In this document: positions 1-10,578 of the stretch, one piece after another
Position numbering within the stretch: the first letter of the stretch is position 1
How the letters are laid out: the number at the start of each line of letters is the position of its first letter
From: Bdellovibrio sp. 28-41-41
GTDB taxonomy: Bacteria > Bdellovibrionota > Bdellovibrionia > Bdellovibrionales > Bdellovibrionaceae
Direction: 5' to 3'
Assembly: GCA_002256935.1 (NCBI GenBank)
Contig: NCGL01000004.1
Coordinates: forward strand, 11,557 to 75,556
DNA length: 64,000 nt
The notes under the pieces: generated by a model
The model's input: only the letters and a program-made list of their open reading frames with translations
What the model was told of the DNA's origin: nothing
The model's database searches: none
Position numbers and translations under genes: made by a program

Positions 1-1
1 A

Positions 2-817
2 ACATTAGTTCAAGGTGATGGCGCTCCAGAGAAAATCATGGACGCTTTGCAAATGGCGTGGAAACTACCTAACGTAGATATTATAGTATTGGCCCGCGGT
101 GGCGGATCGATAGAAGACCTGTGGGCATTTAATGATGAACGCCTAGTTCGCTTGATTGCAAAATCACCGGTTCCGACGATTTCGGCAGTAGGGCATGAAA
201 TTGATTTTACTATTTCCGACTTTGTGGCCGATTTGCGCGCGCCAACTCCTTCGGCCGCCGCCGAGCTTGTGGCGAAAAGCTCTAAAGAATTAGGCCAGCG
301 GTTAAGTCATTTAAGCCATAAATTGAATTCTTCGTTTTCACATAAACTTAAAGATTTAAAGTCGCGTTTGGAAAATTTAAAACTTCGCTTGGTAGACCCG
401 CAAAAAAGTCTGCAGGATTTATCTCTAAGAAATGATGAATTGCTGAATCGTTTGCAATCGGCGATGGACACATTGTTTTTGCGCCATCGTCACAAATTAG
501 AAATGCTGTCAGAGAAAATGCCACATCCCGATGTGAAAATGAATATGGTTCGCCGAGAGGTCAGCCATCGCACTAAAGATCTTTACACAGCAATGCTTAA
601 AAAAATGGATCGATATCGCTATAAATTAGAAAGTCGCATGGCTGTTTTAGATTCTATTAGCCCATTGAGGGTTTTAGACCGTGGTTATGCCATTGTTACC
701 CAAGGTCAGCAGGTGATTCGTTCGGCGGCGGACGTGAATGCGAACAAACCACTAGGCATTCGTTTTGGCAAAGGTTCTGTCGAAGTAAAAATTACTGAAA
801 TTAATAAAAAAGAGTAA
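2..817 (+). CDS. xseA: Exodeoxyribonuclease VII large subunit, C-terminal part (5' end lies outside the window)
   Basis: The frame is open from the window edge. It carries GGGSIEDLWAFNDE and GHEIDFTISDFVADLRAPTPSAAAE motifs, has a coiled C-terminal region, and is followed by xseB. Confidence 0.85.
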   Translation, partial: TLVQGDGAPEKIMDALQMAWKLPNVDIIVLARGGGSIEDLWAFNDERLVRLIAKSPVPTISAVGHEIDFTISDFVADLRAPTPSAAAELVAKSSKELGQRLSHLSHKLNSSFSHKLKDLKSRLENLKLRLVDPQKSLQDLSLRNDELLNRLQSAMDTLFLRHRHKLEMLSEKMPHPDVKMNMVRREVSHRTKDLYTAMLKKMDRYRYKLESRMAVLDSISPLRVLDRGYAIVTQGQQVIRSAADVNANKPLGIRFGKGSVEVKITEINKKE

Positions 818-844
818 AAAGAAGAATAGAAAGAGGGATAGATC

Positions 845-1069
845 ATGGATTTTGAAAAAAAATTAAATCGCCTAGAAGAAATCGTTGGTAAAATGGAAAA
901 GGGCGATGTCAGTTTAGAAGAATCATTAAAATTTTTCGAAGAAGGCGTAAAGCTATCTCGCGAATGTAATACGAAACTGACTGAAGCCGAGCTTAAAGTT
1001 AAAAAACTTATGAGCATCGATAAAGATGGCAATCCAGTAACTGTTCCTTTTTCTGGCGAAGACAACTAA
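845..1069 (+). CDS. xseB: Exodeoxyribonuclease VII small subunit
   Basis: A 74-aa protein with FEKKLNRLEEIV..LEESLKFFEEGVKL, typical of XseB. It sits between xseA and ispA. Confidence 0.85.
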   Translation: MDFEKKLNRLEEIVGKMEKGDVSLEESLKFFEEGVKLSRECNTKLTEAELKVKKLMSIDKDGNPVTVPFSGEDN

Positions 1070-1071
1070 AA

Positions 1072-2034
1072 ATGAATTTGTATTCGAGAGAACAAGAGTC
1101 TTTCGAGGCTTTTTGCCGAGCGGAATTCCAGCAACTTTTTCGCGGAACTGCTCAGTCGGTGGTGGGTGCTGCTACGACCATCGATAAAATCCAAGCGTCG
1201 TCGCTGCCTAATTCTGGTGGCACGGCGGGCGATCTATCCGTTTACAACGCGCAATTTGAAAGTATCGAGTATTCTTATTTTTCCGGTGGAAAGCGTTTTC
1301 GCCCGCTTTTGAGTTTTGCAGGCGCCCAATATTTAGGTGTTACTGCAGAATCCGTATTTCCATGGGCGATGGCGATCGAAATGATTCATACCTATTCTCT
1401 GATTCACGATGATTTGCCCAGTATGGATAACGACGATTACCGTCGTGGCAAGCCAACCAACCATAAAATGTATGGAGACGCAATCGCACTTCTTGCTGGC
1501 GATTCGTTGTTAACAGAAGCATTTTCAGTGTTGGCCAAACATTACTCAAGCCATGGTTCTACGTTGTCATTGTTGATCCAGCAGCTGGCACACTCATCTG
1601 GATTAAACGGAATGATACTAGGCCAGTATTTTGATATCACTTTAGATTCTGGGAAAATTTCGCCGACCCCAGCGCATTTGAATCAGATCCATTTGTTAAA
1701 AACTGGAGCGTTGATCTCGGGCGCGTTGATGGGACCCGCTCTGTTGAAGCGACTTCCGACCGATCAGTTGAAATCAATGCAAGAGGTAGGCTTACTTCTG
1801 GGTTATGCGTTTCAAGTTAAAGACGATATCTTAGATAGCGAGCAAGATAAAGATTCAAAAAAGAATCTAATTCACCATTTTAAAACCGTCGCAAAATTAG
1901 AAGAGTTTTTAAAACAAATTCAGATGCAAATTTCTGCCAGAATTACGTCGCTGAATCAGCTCTTGCAAATTCCTTCAGGAAAAAGTCAGCACTTGTTGCA
2001 GTTTCTTGAGTGGAACATAACACGCGAAAAATAA
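1072..2034 (+). CDS. ispA: Polyprenyl (farnesyl/geranyl) diphosphate synthase
   Basis: First Asp-rich motif DDLPSMDNDDYRRGKPTNH and second motif FQVKDDILD are present. The xseB-ispA linkage is the classical arrangement. Confidence 0.85.
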   Translation: MNLYSREQESFEAFCRAEFQQLFRGTAQSVVGAATTIDKIQASSLPNSGGTAGDLSVYNAQFESIEYSYFSGGKRFRPLLSFAGAQYLGVTAESVFPWAMAIEMIHTYSLIHDDLPSMDNDDYRRGKPTNHKMYGDAIALLAGDSLLTEAFSVLAKHYSSHGSTLSLLIQQLAHSSGLNGMILGQYFDITLDSGKISPTPAHLNQIHLLKTGALISGALMGPALLKRLPTDQLKSMQEVGLLLGYAFQVKDDILDSEQDKDSKKNLIHHFKTVAKLEEFLKQIQMQISARITSLNQLLQIPSGKSQHLLQFLEWNITREK

Positions 2035-2037
2035 CTC

Positions 2038-2802
2038 ATGAGAGTCGATCTACTTTTAGTCAAAAAAAACTTAGCAACGACTCGTACGCGAGCTCAAGAA
2101 ATGATTAAATTTGGACAAGTTTGTACTATTGTCGATGGTAAGAAGAAAATAGTAACAAAACCCAGCGAAGATTATTCAGAAGAGACTAGTTTTGAAATTT
2201 CGTCTGGATTTGCCACCGATTTTGTTTCGCGTGCGGGACATAAGATTAAGGGTGCGGTTGACGAACTAGGCCTTAAAATTGATAACAAAAACTGTCTTGA
2301 TGTGGGCGTTTCCACAGGTGGATTTTCTGATTTCCTTCTAAAGGCAGGAGCTAGTGCTGTTCTTGGAGTCGATGTCGGGCAGGATCAAACAAATCCGACG
2401 ATAAAAGAAAACCCCCGATTCAAATTGTTAGAGAAAATCAACGCGCGATCTTTGGATCAGTATACTGAATTTCTGACTTTGGTTCCCTCTAATGGGTTTG
2501 ATTTTATCTGCATGGATGTCTCGTTTATCAGCGTTAAATTAATTTTGCCTCAGCTTTTTCCCTTATTAAAAAATAATGGCGACTTGTTAGTGTTGATAAA
2601 ACCGCAATTTGAATTAGGTCCTGACGCCCTGAATGAAAAAGGTGTAATTGAGGATGCGTCGTTATATCAAACTCTAGAAAAAAATATGTTAACCAGTGCC
2701 CAAGAGCTAGGGTTTAAAGTTAAAAAATATTTCTCTTCATCAATTGAAGGAAAAGACGGAAATAAAGAGTTTTTCCTTTTGCTTGGAAAAAATAGCAGCT
2801 AG
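2038..2802 (+). CDS. tlyA: TlyA-family rRNA 2'-O-methyltransferase (S4 + FtsJ-like domains)
   Basis: The N-terminus is S4-like (RVDLLLVKKNLATTRTRAQEMI). A SAM motif, DVGVSTGGFSDFLLKAGA, follows. Confidence 0.8.
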   Translation: MRVDLLLVKKNLATTRTRAQEMIKFGQVCTIVDGKKKIVTKPSEDYSEETSFEISSGFATDFVSRAGHKIKGAVDELGLKIDNKNCLDVGVSTGGFSDFLLKAGASAVLGVDVGQDQTNPTIKENPRFKLLEKINARSLDQYTEFLTLVPSNGFDFICMDVSFISVKLILPQLFPLLKNNGDLLVLIKPQFELGPDALNEKGVIEDASLYQTLEKNMLTSAQELGFKVKKYFSSSIEGKDGNKEFFLLLGKNSS

Positions 2803-2845
2803 AATTCTTTCGAGGCCATCCGGAATAGAATCCTTGGGAGAAAAA

Positions 2846-3826
2846 ATGAAAATACTTATTTTAGCGATAGTCATTGGAATGATCGGTTGTCAGACGCCGA
2901 TGAGAAGAAATACGCCTCCATCGCCCTCAAAACCTGAAACAGAGCGTCCGACGCCGTCAACCCCGGCAAATCCTACTCCTGAAGTCGAAGATGGCAGACC
3001 AGTTATGGACGATAATTTAGCGCCTGATGAAGTCGAAGTTGAAAATAAGCCACCAAAACCAGTACCGCGTTTGCCAAAAGTGGGCGTAATTTTCGGTCCT
3101 GGCGGCGGAAAAGTTTTTGGACAGATTGGTGTGCTGCAAGAATTTCAAAAAAATAAAATTCCTATATACAACGTCGCGGGTATTGAAATGGGCGCGCTGA
3201 CGGCCAGTATTTACGCCTGGAGGGGCTCAGCGAATGATACCGAATGGCAAATGTTTAAAATTAAAGGCGAAGATATTTTAAAGAAAGGCCTGATCTTGAG
3301 CAAACGTGCTGGCGATTTTGATGTGATTCAAAACATTGTAAAGTCGGCGTTTCATAATCTAAAAGCCGAAGATTTTAAAAAGCCGTTTGCGTGTCCCGCT
3401 TTGAATTTAGAGAAAAATAAGATGTACGTTATGAACCGTGGAAATTTGGAAGCGTTGCTGCCGTATTGCATTCCGTATCCTCCGTTGTTTAAACCGTATC
3501 AAAAAAATATCAGTGCGGTTCGCGAAGTGAAAGCTCTGGCGGATCATTTGCGTAAACAAGGGGCGAATTACATTGTTTTAATTAACGTGCTCGGCGGAAG
3601 CGCCTTCAAAACGCCGATCAATGATTCTGATTCTGTAGAGAATCTAGTGTGGGCTGAAATCTCTAGCCAAATGGTTAAAGAAAGCTCTCATGTCGATTAT
3701 ACGATCACTGTGAACCTGGACTCCTATAGCGTTCTAGACTTTGAAAATAAACGGGATATGATGCAGAAAGGCTCTAGTCAAGCCAACCGAGCTGTTAGAG
3801 ATCTAGCGGAGAAATTGGGATTATGA
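2846..3826 (+). CDS. Patatin-like lipoprotein with substituted catalytic dyad
   Basis: I chose the internal ATG at 2846, which has a GGGAG SD. The lipobox is IGMIGC and a Pro-rich linker follows. The patatin oxyanion motif GPGGGKVFG is present, but the nucleophile elbow reads GIEMG and the Asp motif reads LGG. Confidence 0.6.
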   Translation: MKILILAIVIGMIGCQTPMRRNTPPSPSKPETERPTPSTPANPTPEVEDGRPVMDDNLAPDEVEVENKPPKPVPRLPKVGVIFGPGGGKVFGQIGVLQEFQKNKIPIYNVAGIEMGALTASIYAWRGSANDTEWQMFKIKGEDILKKGLILSKRAGDFDVIQNIVKSAFHNLKAEDFKKPFACPALNLEKNKMYVMNRGNLEALLPYCIPYPPLFKPYQKNISAVREVKALADHLRKQGANYIVLINVLGGSAFKTPINDSDSVENLVWAEISSQMVKESSHVDYTITVNLDSYSVLDFENKRDMMQKGSSQANRAVRDLAEKLGL

Positions 3827-5139
3827 GAAAACCTTTAGAAAACGTATCTCTTTTCAAAAAACGTAGAGACACCGTTTTAAAAAAATTAAACAATAGCGCG
3901 ATGGTCGTTGCGGCTCATCCAGAACATATTCGTAACCACGATGTTCATTTTCCGTATCGCCAAGATTCAAATATGTATTACTTAACTGGTTTTGAAGAAC
4001 CAGAATCGGTTTTGGTTTTAAAACCGGGGTCGTTTCCAGAGAGTGTGCTGTTTGTTAGAAGAAAAAATATAGAAAGAGAAACATGGGATGGTTTTCGTTA
4101 CGGCCCCGAGATGGCTCAAGAGGCCTTCGGCGTTGATAAATGTTTTCCTATCGACGAATTTCACGACCAGTTTCCAAAATTAATGAAGGGATATGAGTCG
4201 GTTTACTACCGGTTACTAAAAAACCCTGAATTTGATAAAACTTTTTTGGCCGCACTGGATAATGTGCGCCTATCTTCACCTAGATCAGGTTTTGGCTTGT
4301 TGCCTATTCACGATGCCGATGTATTTTTAGGTGAATTTCGCTTAATTAAAACCGATGCCGAAATTGAAAATCAGCGTCGCGCGTGCATGATCTCTGCAGA
4401 AGGTCATCGGCTGGCGATGAGGTCAGTGAAACCAGGCATGACTGAACGTCAAATTCAGGCGTTGATGACAAATTATTATCTAATGCAAGGGTCTGCCCGT
4501 GAAGGCTATCATCCTATTGTTGCGGCAGGTAATAATGGAACGACGTTGCACTATAATTTTAATGATCAAGTTTGTCGCGATGGTGACTTGTTGTTGATCG
4601 ATTCAGGGACTGAGTACAATTACTACACTGGTGATATCACGCGAACGCTTCCGATCAATGGGCGCTTTAGCACGGTGCAAGCGCGCCTATATCAGCACGT
4701 GCTTGATATCGAGAAAGAATTAATTTCTGACTTGAAACCTGGAGTTTTCTTTAAAGATTTGCACGAAAAAGGTGCATCTCTTTTAACGGATGTGATGCTT
4801 GAGCTTGGTTTTTTGTCTGGACGCAAGGGCGATATAATTTCTTCTAATACTCATCGTAAATATTATCCACACGGTATTGGTCACTGGTTAGGTCTAGATG
4901 TTCATGACGCTGGACTGTATTTTGTCAACGGTCAGCCACGTGCTATTGAAGCTGGAATGTGTTTTACGATTGAACCAGGATTATACGTACCAGAAAGCGA
5001 TAAAGATGTGCCGAGTGAGTACCGCGGTATAGGAATTCGCATCGAAGATAACATTCTAATTACTGCAAATGGCCACGATGTCTTGACTTCGAACGCTCCG
5101 AAAGAAATTAAAGACATCGAAAGCACCATGGCGGGTTAA
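3823..5139 (+). CDS. pepP: Xaa-Pro aminopeptidase (M24B)
   Basis: Metal-ligand motifs DSGTEYNYYTGDITRT, HGIGHWLGLDVHD and EPGLY..IRIED are present. An ATGA overlap links it to the upstream gene. Confidence 0.85.
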   Translation: MRKPLENVSLFKKRRDTVLKKLNNSAMVVAAHPEHIRNHDVHFPYRQDSNMYYLTGFEEPESVLVLKPGSFPESVLFVRRKNIERETWDGFRYGPEMAQEAFGVDKCFPIDEFHDQFPKLMKGYESVYYRLLKNPEFDKTFLAALDNVRLSSPRSGFGLLPIHDADVFLGEFRLIKTDAEIENQRRACMISAEGHRLAMRSVKPGMTERQIQALMTNYYLMQGSAREGYHPIVAAGNNGTTLHYNFNDQVCRDGDLLLIDSGTEYNYYTGDITRTLPINGRFSTVQARLYQHVLDIEKELISDLKPGVFFKDLHEKGASLLTDVMLELGFLSGRKGDIISSNTHRKYYPHGIGHWLGLDVHDAGLYFVNGQPRAIEAGMCFTIEPGLYVPESDKDVPSEYRGIGIRIEDNILITANGHDVLTSNAPKEIKDIESTMAG

Positions 5140-5245
5140 TAAAATTATAAAATAAATAAAAAAAAACTTCTTTGATTTAACTGTGAAACACCCCATAATT
5201 AATCTAGGTCCCAATATGGGTCCTGATCATGAGCCAGGAGGATGT

Positions 5246-7726
5246 ATGGCAGAACAAAAGACGATGGAGTTGCCTTTATTACCGCTGCGAGACCTGATTA
5301 TATTTCCCCATTTAATGATGCCCTTATTTGTTGGACGGGAAAAAAGTATCAACGCTCTTGAAGAGGCAATTAGTAAACAATCAGATATTATTTTAGCTGC
5401 TCAGAAGGATGCTAAAACTAATAATCCGGAAGCCAAGGATATCTACACCGTAGGTACGATCGGCACCATTATTCAATTACTGAAACTTCCAGATGGAACT
5501 GTAAAAGTTCTTGTGGAAGGTAAACGTCGCGTGAAAATCAAAGACTTCGTAAATAACGAAAACTTTTTCGTAGTTAAATACGAAGAAGTTCCAGAGGAAG
5601 TTGAATCACAAGTTGAAGCACAGGCTTTGGTGAGATCTGTAAAAGCGACATTTGAAACGTATGTAAAATTAAACAAACGTATTCCGCCAGAAATTCTAAT
5701 GCGCGTGACTTCAATTGAGAGTGCCGGCGAACTAGCCGACATCATCGTCGCTCAATTGAATCTAAAAATTGAAGATAAACAAAAAGTATTAGAAATTTTT
5801 GAACCTGAAAAACGTTTAGAACATTTATTAAACATCATGACTGGCGAGATCGAAATTCTAGAAGTAGAAAAGAAAATTCGTACACGCGTGAAAAAACAAA
5901 TGGAACGTTCTCAAAAAGAATACTATTTGAACGAACAAATGCAGGCCATCCAAAAAGAATTGGGTGATAAGGATGACTATCAAGCCGAACTTCAAGAGTT
6001 AGAAGCTAAATGTAAAGCTAAGAAGATGACTCAAGAAGCGAAAGACAAAGTTTTAAAAGAAGTTAAAAAACTTAAAATGATGTCACCAATGTCGGCAGAA
6101 GCAACAGTCGTTCGTAACTACATTGACTGGATTTTATCTTTGCCTTGGCAAGATTACTCAGCAGATAGTCATGATATAAAAAAAGCCCAAAAGGTTTTGG
6201 ATGACGATCATTGGGGATTAGAAAAAGTTAAGGAAAGAATTCTAGAATACCTAGCGGTTCTTTCATTATCGAATACTCTTAAAGGTCCTATCTTGTGTTT
6301 AGTGGGTCCTCCAGGTGTTGGTAAAACATCTTTGGCTAGGTCTATAGCGACATCTTTGAATCGTCCGTTTGCGCGTATCTCTTTAGGTGGCGTACGGGAT
6401 GAGGCGGAAATTCGCGGTCATAGAAAAACATACGTAGGTGCGATGCCGGGTAAAATTATCCAAGCATTAAGAAAAGTTGAAAAAGGAAATGCGTTAGTGT
6501 TGTTAGATGAAATCGACAAGATGGCATCTGACTTCCGCGGTGATCCATCTTCAGCGATGCTTGAAGTTTTAGATCCAGAGCAAAACAGCACATTCCAAGA
6601 TCATTATTTAGAAGTGGAATACGATTTATCGAAAGTAATGTTCATCGCAACAGCGAATACATTACATACAGTTCCGCGTCCGTTATTGGATCGTATGGAA
6701 GTAATCAGTCTTGAAGGTTACATCGAAGCAGAGAAATTCCATATTGCTAAGAACTACCTTGTTCCTAAGCAAATTGAGAATCATGGATTGTTAAACCATA
6801 AAGTATCAATCCAAGATGCAACGATTAGAAATATTATCCGTTATTACACTCGCGAAGCGGGCGTTCGTAACTTAGAGAGACAATTAGCGAATGTATGTCG
6901 TAAGGTTGCAAAAGATATCGTTATGGACGAAGCCATGCGCGGGATGAAGACGGATAAAACGTCTAAAAAGAAAACCGGCGCAGCGAAAACGGCTAAACAA
7001 TCTTCAGCAGCTGGATACGTAGTGACTCCGAAAAAATTAGTTGAACTACTTGGTCCACACAAATACAGATTTGGTAAGATCGAAGAGTCTAATGAAATCG
7101 GTTTAACTAACGGTATGGCATGGACAGAAGTGGGCGGCGATCTATTAGCGGTTGAGGTGAGCGTTGTTCCTGGTAAAGGTAAGTTCACAGTAACTGGTCA
7201 GCTGGGCGATGTGATGAAAGAATCATGTTCAGCAGCGATGAGCTATGTAAGATCACGTGGTCCATTGTTTGGTTTTGCTAAAGAGTATTTCCAAGACATC
7301 GACGTGCATATCCATTTACCAGAAGGCGCTGTTCCTAAAGACGGTCCATCTGCCGGTATTGCTCTAACAACAAGTATTGTTTCTGCGATCACTAAGATCC
7401 CAGTAAAACGCACTGTTGCGATGACGGGTGAAATTTCTCTTCGTGGTAAAGTAATGGCGATCGGTGGCTTGAAAGAAAAAGTTCTGGCGGCTCACCGTGG
7501 TGGAATCAAAACTATTATCTGCCCGAAAGAAAACGAAAAAGATTTAAAAGACATCCCAAGAGAAGTGCTTAAAGAGCTGAAAGTAATTTTGGTAGATCAT
7601 GTAGACCAAGTGTTAATCAACGCACTTGATATCAAGCAACCAAAAGATCTTTTCAAACAGCAAAAAGCAGCGGATCTTGGCGTGAAAGCTCAGTACACTG
7701 GTCAGTCGTTACATATTCATCACTAG
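5246..7726 (+). CDS. lon: ATP-dependent Lon protease
   Basis: The ATG at 5246 follows an AGGAGG SD. Walker A is GPPGVGKTS, and the protease Ser motif is [10 protein letters not shown]. The LON N-domain is also present. Confidence 0.95.
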   Translation: MAEQKTMELPLLPLRDLIIFPHLMMPLFVGREKSINALEEAISKQSDIILAAQKDAKTNNPEAKDIYTVGTIGTIIQLLKLPDGTVKVLVEGKRRVKIKDFVNNENFFVVKYEEVPEEVESQVEAQALVRSVKATFETYVKLNKRIPPEILMRVTSIESAGELADIIVAQLNLKIEDKQKVLEIFEPEKRLEHLLNIMTGEIEILEVEKKIRTRVKKQMERSQKEYYLNEQMQAIQKELGDKDDYQAELQELEAKCKAKKMTQEAKDKVLKEVKKLKMMSPMSAEATVVRNYIDWILSLPWQDYSADSHDIKKAQKVLDDDHWGLEKVKERILEYLAVLSLSNTLKGPILCLVGPPGVGKTSLARSIATSLNRPFARISLGGVRDEAEIRGHRKTYVGAMPGKIIQALRKVEKGNALVLLDEIDKMASDFRGDPSSAMLEVLDPEQNSTFQDHYLEVEYDLSKVMFIATANTLHTVPRPLLDRMEVISLEGYIEAEKFHIAKNYLVPKQIENHGLLNHKVSIQDATIRNIIRYYTREAGVRNLERQLANVCRKVAKDIVMDEAMRGMKTDKTSKKKTGAAKTAKQSSAAGYVVTPKKLVELLGPHKYRFGKIEESNEIGLTNGMAWTEVGGDLLAVEVSVVPGKGKFTVTGQLGDVMKESCSAAMSYVRSRGPLFGFAKEYFQDIDVHIHLPEGAVPKDGPSAGIALTTSIVSAITKIPVKRTVAMTGEISLRGKVMAIGGLKEKVLAAHRGGIKTIICPKENEKDLKDIPREVLKELKVILVDHVDQVLINALDIKQPKDLFKQQKAADLGVKAQYTGQSLHIHH

Positions 7727-7769
7727 TGTTCGGCTTTTTTAAACAGATTTTTTTCTAATGATCATATAC

Positions 7770-7804
7770 AGTCTCTCAGCGAACGCGCTGGGAGACTTTT
7801 TTTC
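7770..7804 (+). terminator. Rho-independent terminator after lon
   Basis: A 12-bp stem AGTCTCTCAGCG/CGCTGGGAGACT (one G-U pair) is followed by a T7 run. Confidence 0.6.
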
Positions 7805-7850
7805 GGCGTTCATCGGCGCGGATCACACCTACTTTTAAAAAAAAGAAATT

Positions 7851-8072
7851 GTGCTGGGATCAATCAAGACTTACGAAATTTTCGAATCTAATCATCGTGA
7901 TAAAAGTAATGGTTTTATTAAAATCGCAGACGGCAAGATTGAATCGATTGAACTCGATTCGATCAAAGCTAAAAATATAAAACTAAAACCACTTAAGCTG
8001 CCGATCGAAATCATTACTTATAAAAAAAAATTTATAATAACGAAAAATGCTCTTTCCGTTTTATTGATTTGA
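7851..8072 (+). CDS. Hypothetical small protein (weak)
   Basis: Only the ORF supports this call. It has a GTG start and no recognisable motifs. Confidence 0.2.
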   Translation: MLGSIKTYEIFESNHRDKSNGFIKIADGKIESIELDSIKAKNIKLKPLKLPIEIITYKKKFIITKNALSVLLI

Positions 8073-8560
8073 ATAGTGAGAAGGACCTCTACCTCTTTAA
8101 GGAGGTTTCGTTCCTGATTTCAGAAATCATGGATGCATTCAAAGATTTCGAATGCGATTATCTAAAATCAAATCAAGCTGACGACGTGAAGCCTGATCTG
8201 AATCAACTTTCGTGTGAGACCGAAATCTTGATGTTAAAAAAGAGATTTTATGGGGTTACTTTCACATGCAAGGCGAGTATGGCGAAATCCACGGATTACA
8301 AGTATCGCGTTTTTTCAGTTATTTTTGATACGGTGTTAAAAGCTCGTACAACAAAAGACGATTTTACAGCGGACGGTATACCCGCGATTGACGATTATCG
8401 AGGGCTTGATTTTCGTTTAACGCCCCTTGGGTTAGGCCTCTATTCCACGATCATGTTCGACAATAAGGAAGAGTACATTCGCATCGTTCCTTACATCGAA
8501 ATCAAAAAAACTTTGCTGTTTGGGGCAAGCCTAAGCGCTATCTCAGCAATTTTATCGTAA
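8069..8560 (+). CDS. Hypothetical protein
   Basis: A 163-aa ORF with a TTG start that overlaps the previous ORF. No motif was recognised. Confidence 0.35.
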   Translation: MNSEKDLYLFKEVSFLISEIMDAFKDFECDYLKSNQADDVKPDLNQLSCETEILMLKKRFYGVTFTCKASMAKSTDYKYRVFSVIFDTVLKARTTKDDFTADGIPAIDDYRGLDFRLTPLGLGLYSTIMFDNKEEYIRIVPYIEIKKTLLFGASLSAISAILS

Positions 8561-8722
8561 AATAGTTTAATAAAATGACAGATTTGTTGCTTGCGTTAAA
8601 TGAGAAGAGATAAAACACTAGCAATATCATGGTGTTATGGCCTAGTTGGATTTTGTAAGTTCTGCGGCTGCAGAGATTGACCATCAAGACAGAATCTGAC
8701 ATTACAGAGGCACAAATTAAGG

Positions 8723-9862
8723 ATGGTAATGATTAACCAAACGGCGGAAATCCAGACGACTTTCTCATCGTCTGTTGACCAGATTTTTGAGCTCGGCAAA
8801 CTTCACTGTGATCGCGGTGACTATGATAGCGCCATGGGATTCTTGAACCAGGCCGCTCAGATCTATTTTGCCCAAAAAAACTTCACTGGTTATTTGAAAT
8901 GCCAAAACAACTTCCTTAGAATCTATGCGGAACGCGAACGTTTCGACGAAATCAACGCTACAAAAGAACAATTACAAGATTTAGTTTTAAAAGAAGGTTT
9001 TTCTCTTAACTCTAAAACTTATTTTACTCTTTCTTTATGCGCCAGCTACAAAGGCCAACACGAGGTTGCACTTGATTATGCTCAGCGATCTTTATCCTTG
9101 GCTTTAACAGAAGATGATAAAGAAGATATCTGTAACGCTATTTTCATGATCAGCCTTGTGTACTTCATGATGGGCCGTTATGCAGAGGCTTTAAAAGAAG
9201 TTTACAATCTGCATGTGTTCTTCCAAGTTTATAATTTTCCAGAAATCCGATTGTCTGCCAAACTTTTGAATGCAGATATTTTTAGAATTCAAAAGAAATA
9301 CGACGAAGCCTTGAACATCATGTGGGAAGCCTACGAAGAATTGAAAGAGTGCAAGAAGATCGTAACTCATATTTCAATCACCGGTATGCTGGGCATCACT
9401 TATTTAGATATGGGCGATAAAGAATCTGCCCGAGTCTATATAAACATGGCGCTTCGAATGGTTGACGATCGTAACCAAGTTCGTTTAGCCCGAATTCTTA
9501 AAACAAATCTAGAAAAAATTGGCGGCGAAGTTCAAACCAATTTCGACGTGTTATTTGATGAAGCGAATCACTTAGTAGTAGAACAAAAAATTGGCCGAAT
9601 TGATTTCAAAAACCAATTTATTTTACTCGACTTGCTAAAATTATTTATTCAAAACCAAGGTGTTATTTTTTCAAAAGAATACTTAGTGGAAAACGTTTGG
9701 AAGCAACCATATGATCCAAGTGTTCATGACAACAAAATTTATGTGACGATTAAGCGACTACGGAAGTTGATTGAACCGGAATACGATAAACCAAAATACC
9801 TTTTCAGAGCTAAAAATGGATATTATTTTAATAAAGCTGTGAAAGTGCATTTTGAAATCTAA
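8723..9862 (+). CDS. TPR-repeat regulator with C-terminal OmpR/PhoB-type winged-helix DNA-binding domain (no receiver domain)
   Basis: The C-terminus is trans_reg_C-like (FILLDLLKLF..SKEYLVENVWKQPYDPSVHDNKIYVTIKRLRKLIEP..GYYF). The central part consists of TPR-like helices. Confidence 0.7.
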   Translation: MVMINQTAEIQTTFSSSVDQIFELGKLHCDRGDYDSAMGFLNQAAQIYFAQKNFTGYLKCQNNFLRIYAERERFDEINATKEQLQDLVLKEGFSLNSKTYFTLSLCASYKGQHEVALDYAQRSLSLALTEDDKEDICNAIFMISLVYFMMGRYAEALKEVYNLHVFFQVYNFPEIRLSAKLLNADIFRIQKKYDEALNIMWEAYEELKECKKIVTHISITGMLGITYLDMGDKESARVYINMALRMVDDRNQVRLARILKTNLEKIGGEVQTNFDVLFDEANHLVVEQKIGRIDFKNQFILLDLLKLFIQNQGVIFSKEYLVENVWKQPYDPSVHDNKIYVTIKRLRKLIEPEYDKPKYLFRAKNGYYFNKAVKVHFEI

Positions 9863-9871
9863 GGAGATATT

Positions 9872-10447
9872 ATGAAGTGGCTACTGCAATATATTAAACA
9901 AATTCTGATTGTAGTTTTGGTGTTCGCAAGTATGGCGAGCCCAGCCGCTACTAGCATAAGTCCAACATACCCAACTAGAAATGATTATTTATTAGATGGC
10001 GATAGCTTAATTCCAGTTCCTTGGGGCAAAGAAGAACCTATTTCGTGGATGTTGTTGTCAGGTTCATGGATGTTACGTCAAGGTGAGGTTCCGACTTCAT
10101 ATTTCACATTTAAAGTAGTTAACCAAAGCGCAAACAACCGTATTCTTTATATCCAACAAATGGATCCAAAATCATGTGTGGTAATGGGTGCCGGTGTAGG
10201 TAGCTTGAGTTCATCGAAAGTGATCTACGCGACGCTAAGAAATGCACAAAATCGCGAGGTTTATCGTTTGAACCTTAGAAATTTTGCAGCCAGCTCGTTT
10301 GTGAAAAAAGTACCAGCTTCTTATGAAGGCAACGTAGTAATGATGTCGATTGCAGCTATAAACAGCTATACATTCACACATTTCTCGATAGCTCGTGTGA
10401 ATCCGGGAACATTAACAAGTCCAAACTGCAGAAATAAACTTCAGTAA
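9872..10447 (+). CDS. Secreted hypothetical protein
   Basis: It has an N-terminal signal peptide (ILIVVLVFASMASPAA) and a GGAG SD. Confidence 0.5.
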   Translation: MKWLLQYIKQILIVVLVFASMASPAATSISPTYPTRNDYLLDGDSLIPVPWGKEEPISWMLLSGSWMLRQGEVPTSYFTFKVVNQSANNRILYIQQMDPKSCVVMGAGVGSLSSSKVIYATLRNAQNREVYRLNLRNFAASSFVKKVPASYEGNVVMMSIAAINSYTFTHFSIARVNPGTLTSPNCRNKLQ

Positions 10448-10502
10448 TTATTTTTAGTAGACAAGATAGAGGGTCTTTGTTAAACAAGATTCTCTTACCG
10501 AC

Positions 10503-10578
10503 AGGGAGTTAGCTCAGTTGGTAGAGCGCCACCCTTACAAGGTGGATGTCGCAGGTTCGAATCCTGTACTCCCTACCA
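10503..10578 (+). tRNA. tRNA-Val (anticodon UAC)
   Basis: I folded the cloverleaf by hand: acceptor AGGGAGT/ACTCCCT, D arm GCTC/GAGC, anticodon arm CCACC-CTTACAA-GGTGG, T arm GCAGG-TTCGAAT-CCTGT. The CCA end is encoded. Confidence 0.93.
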
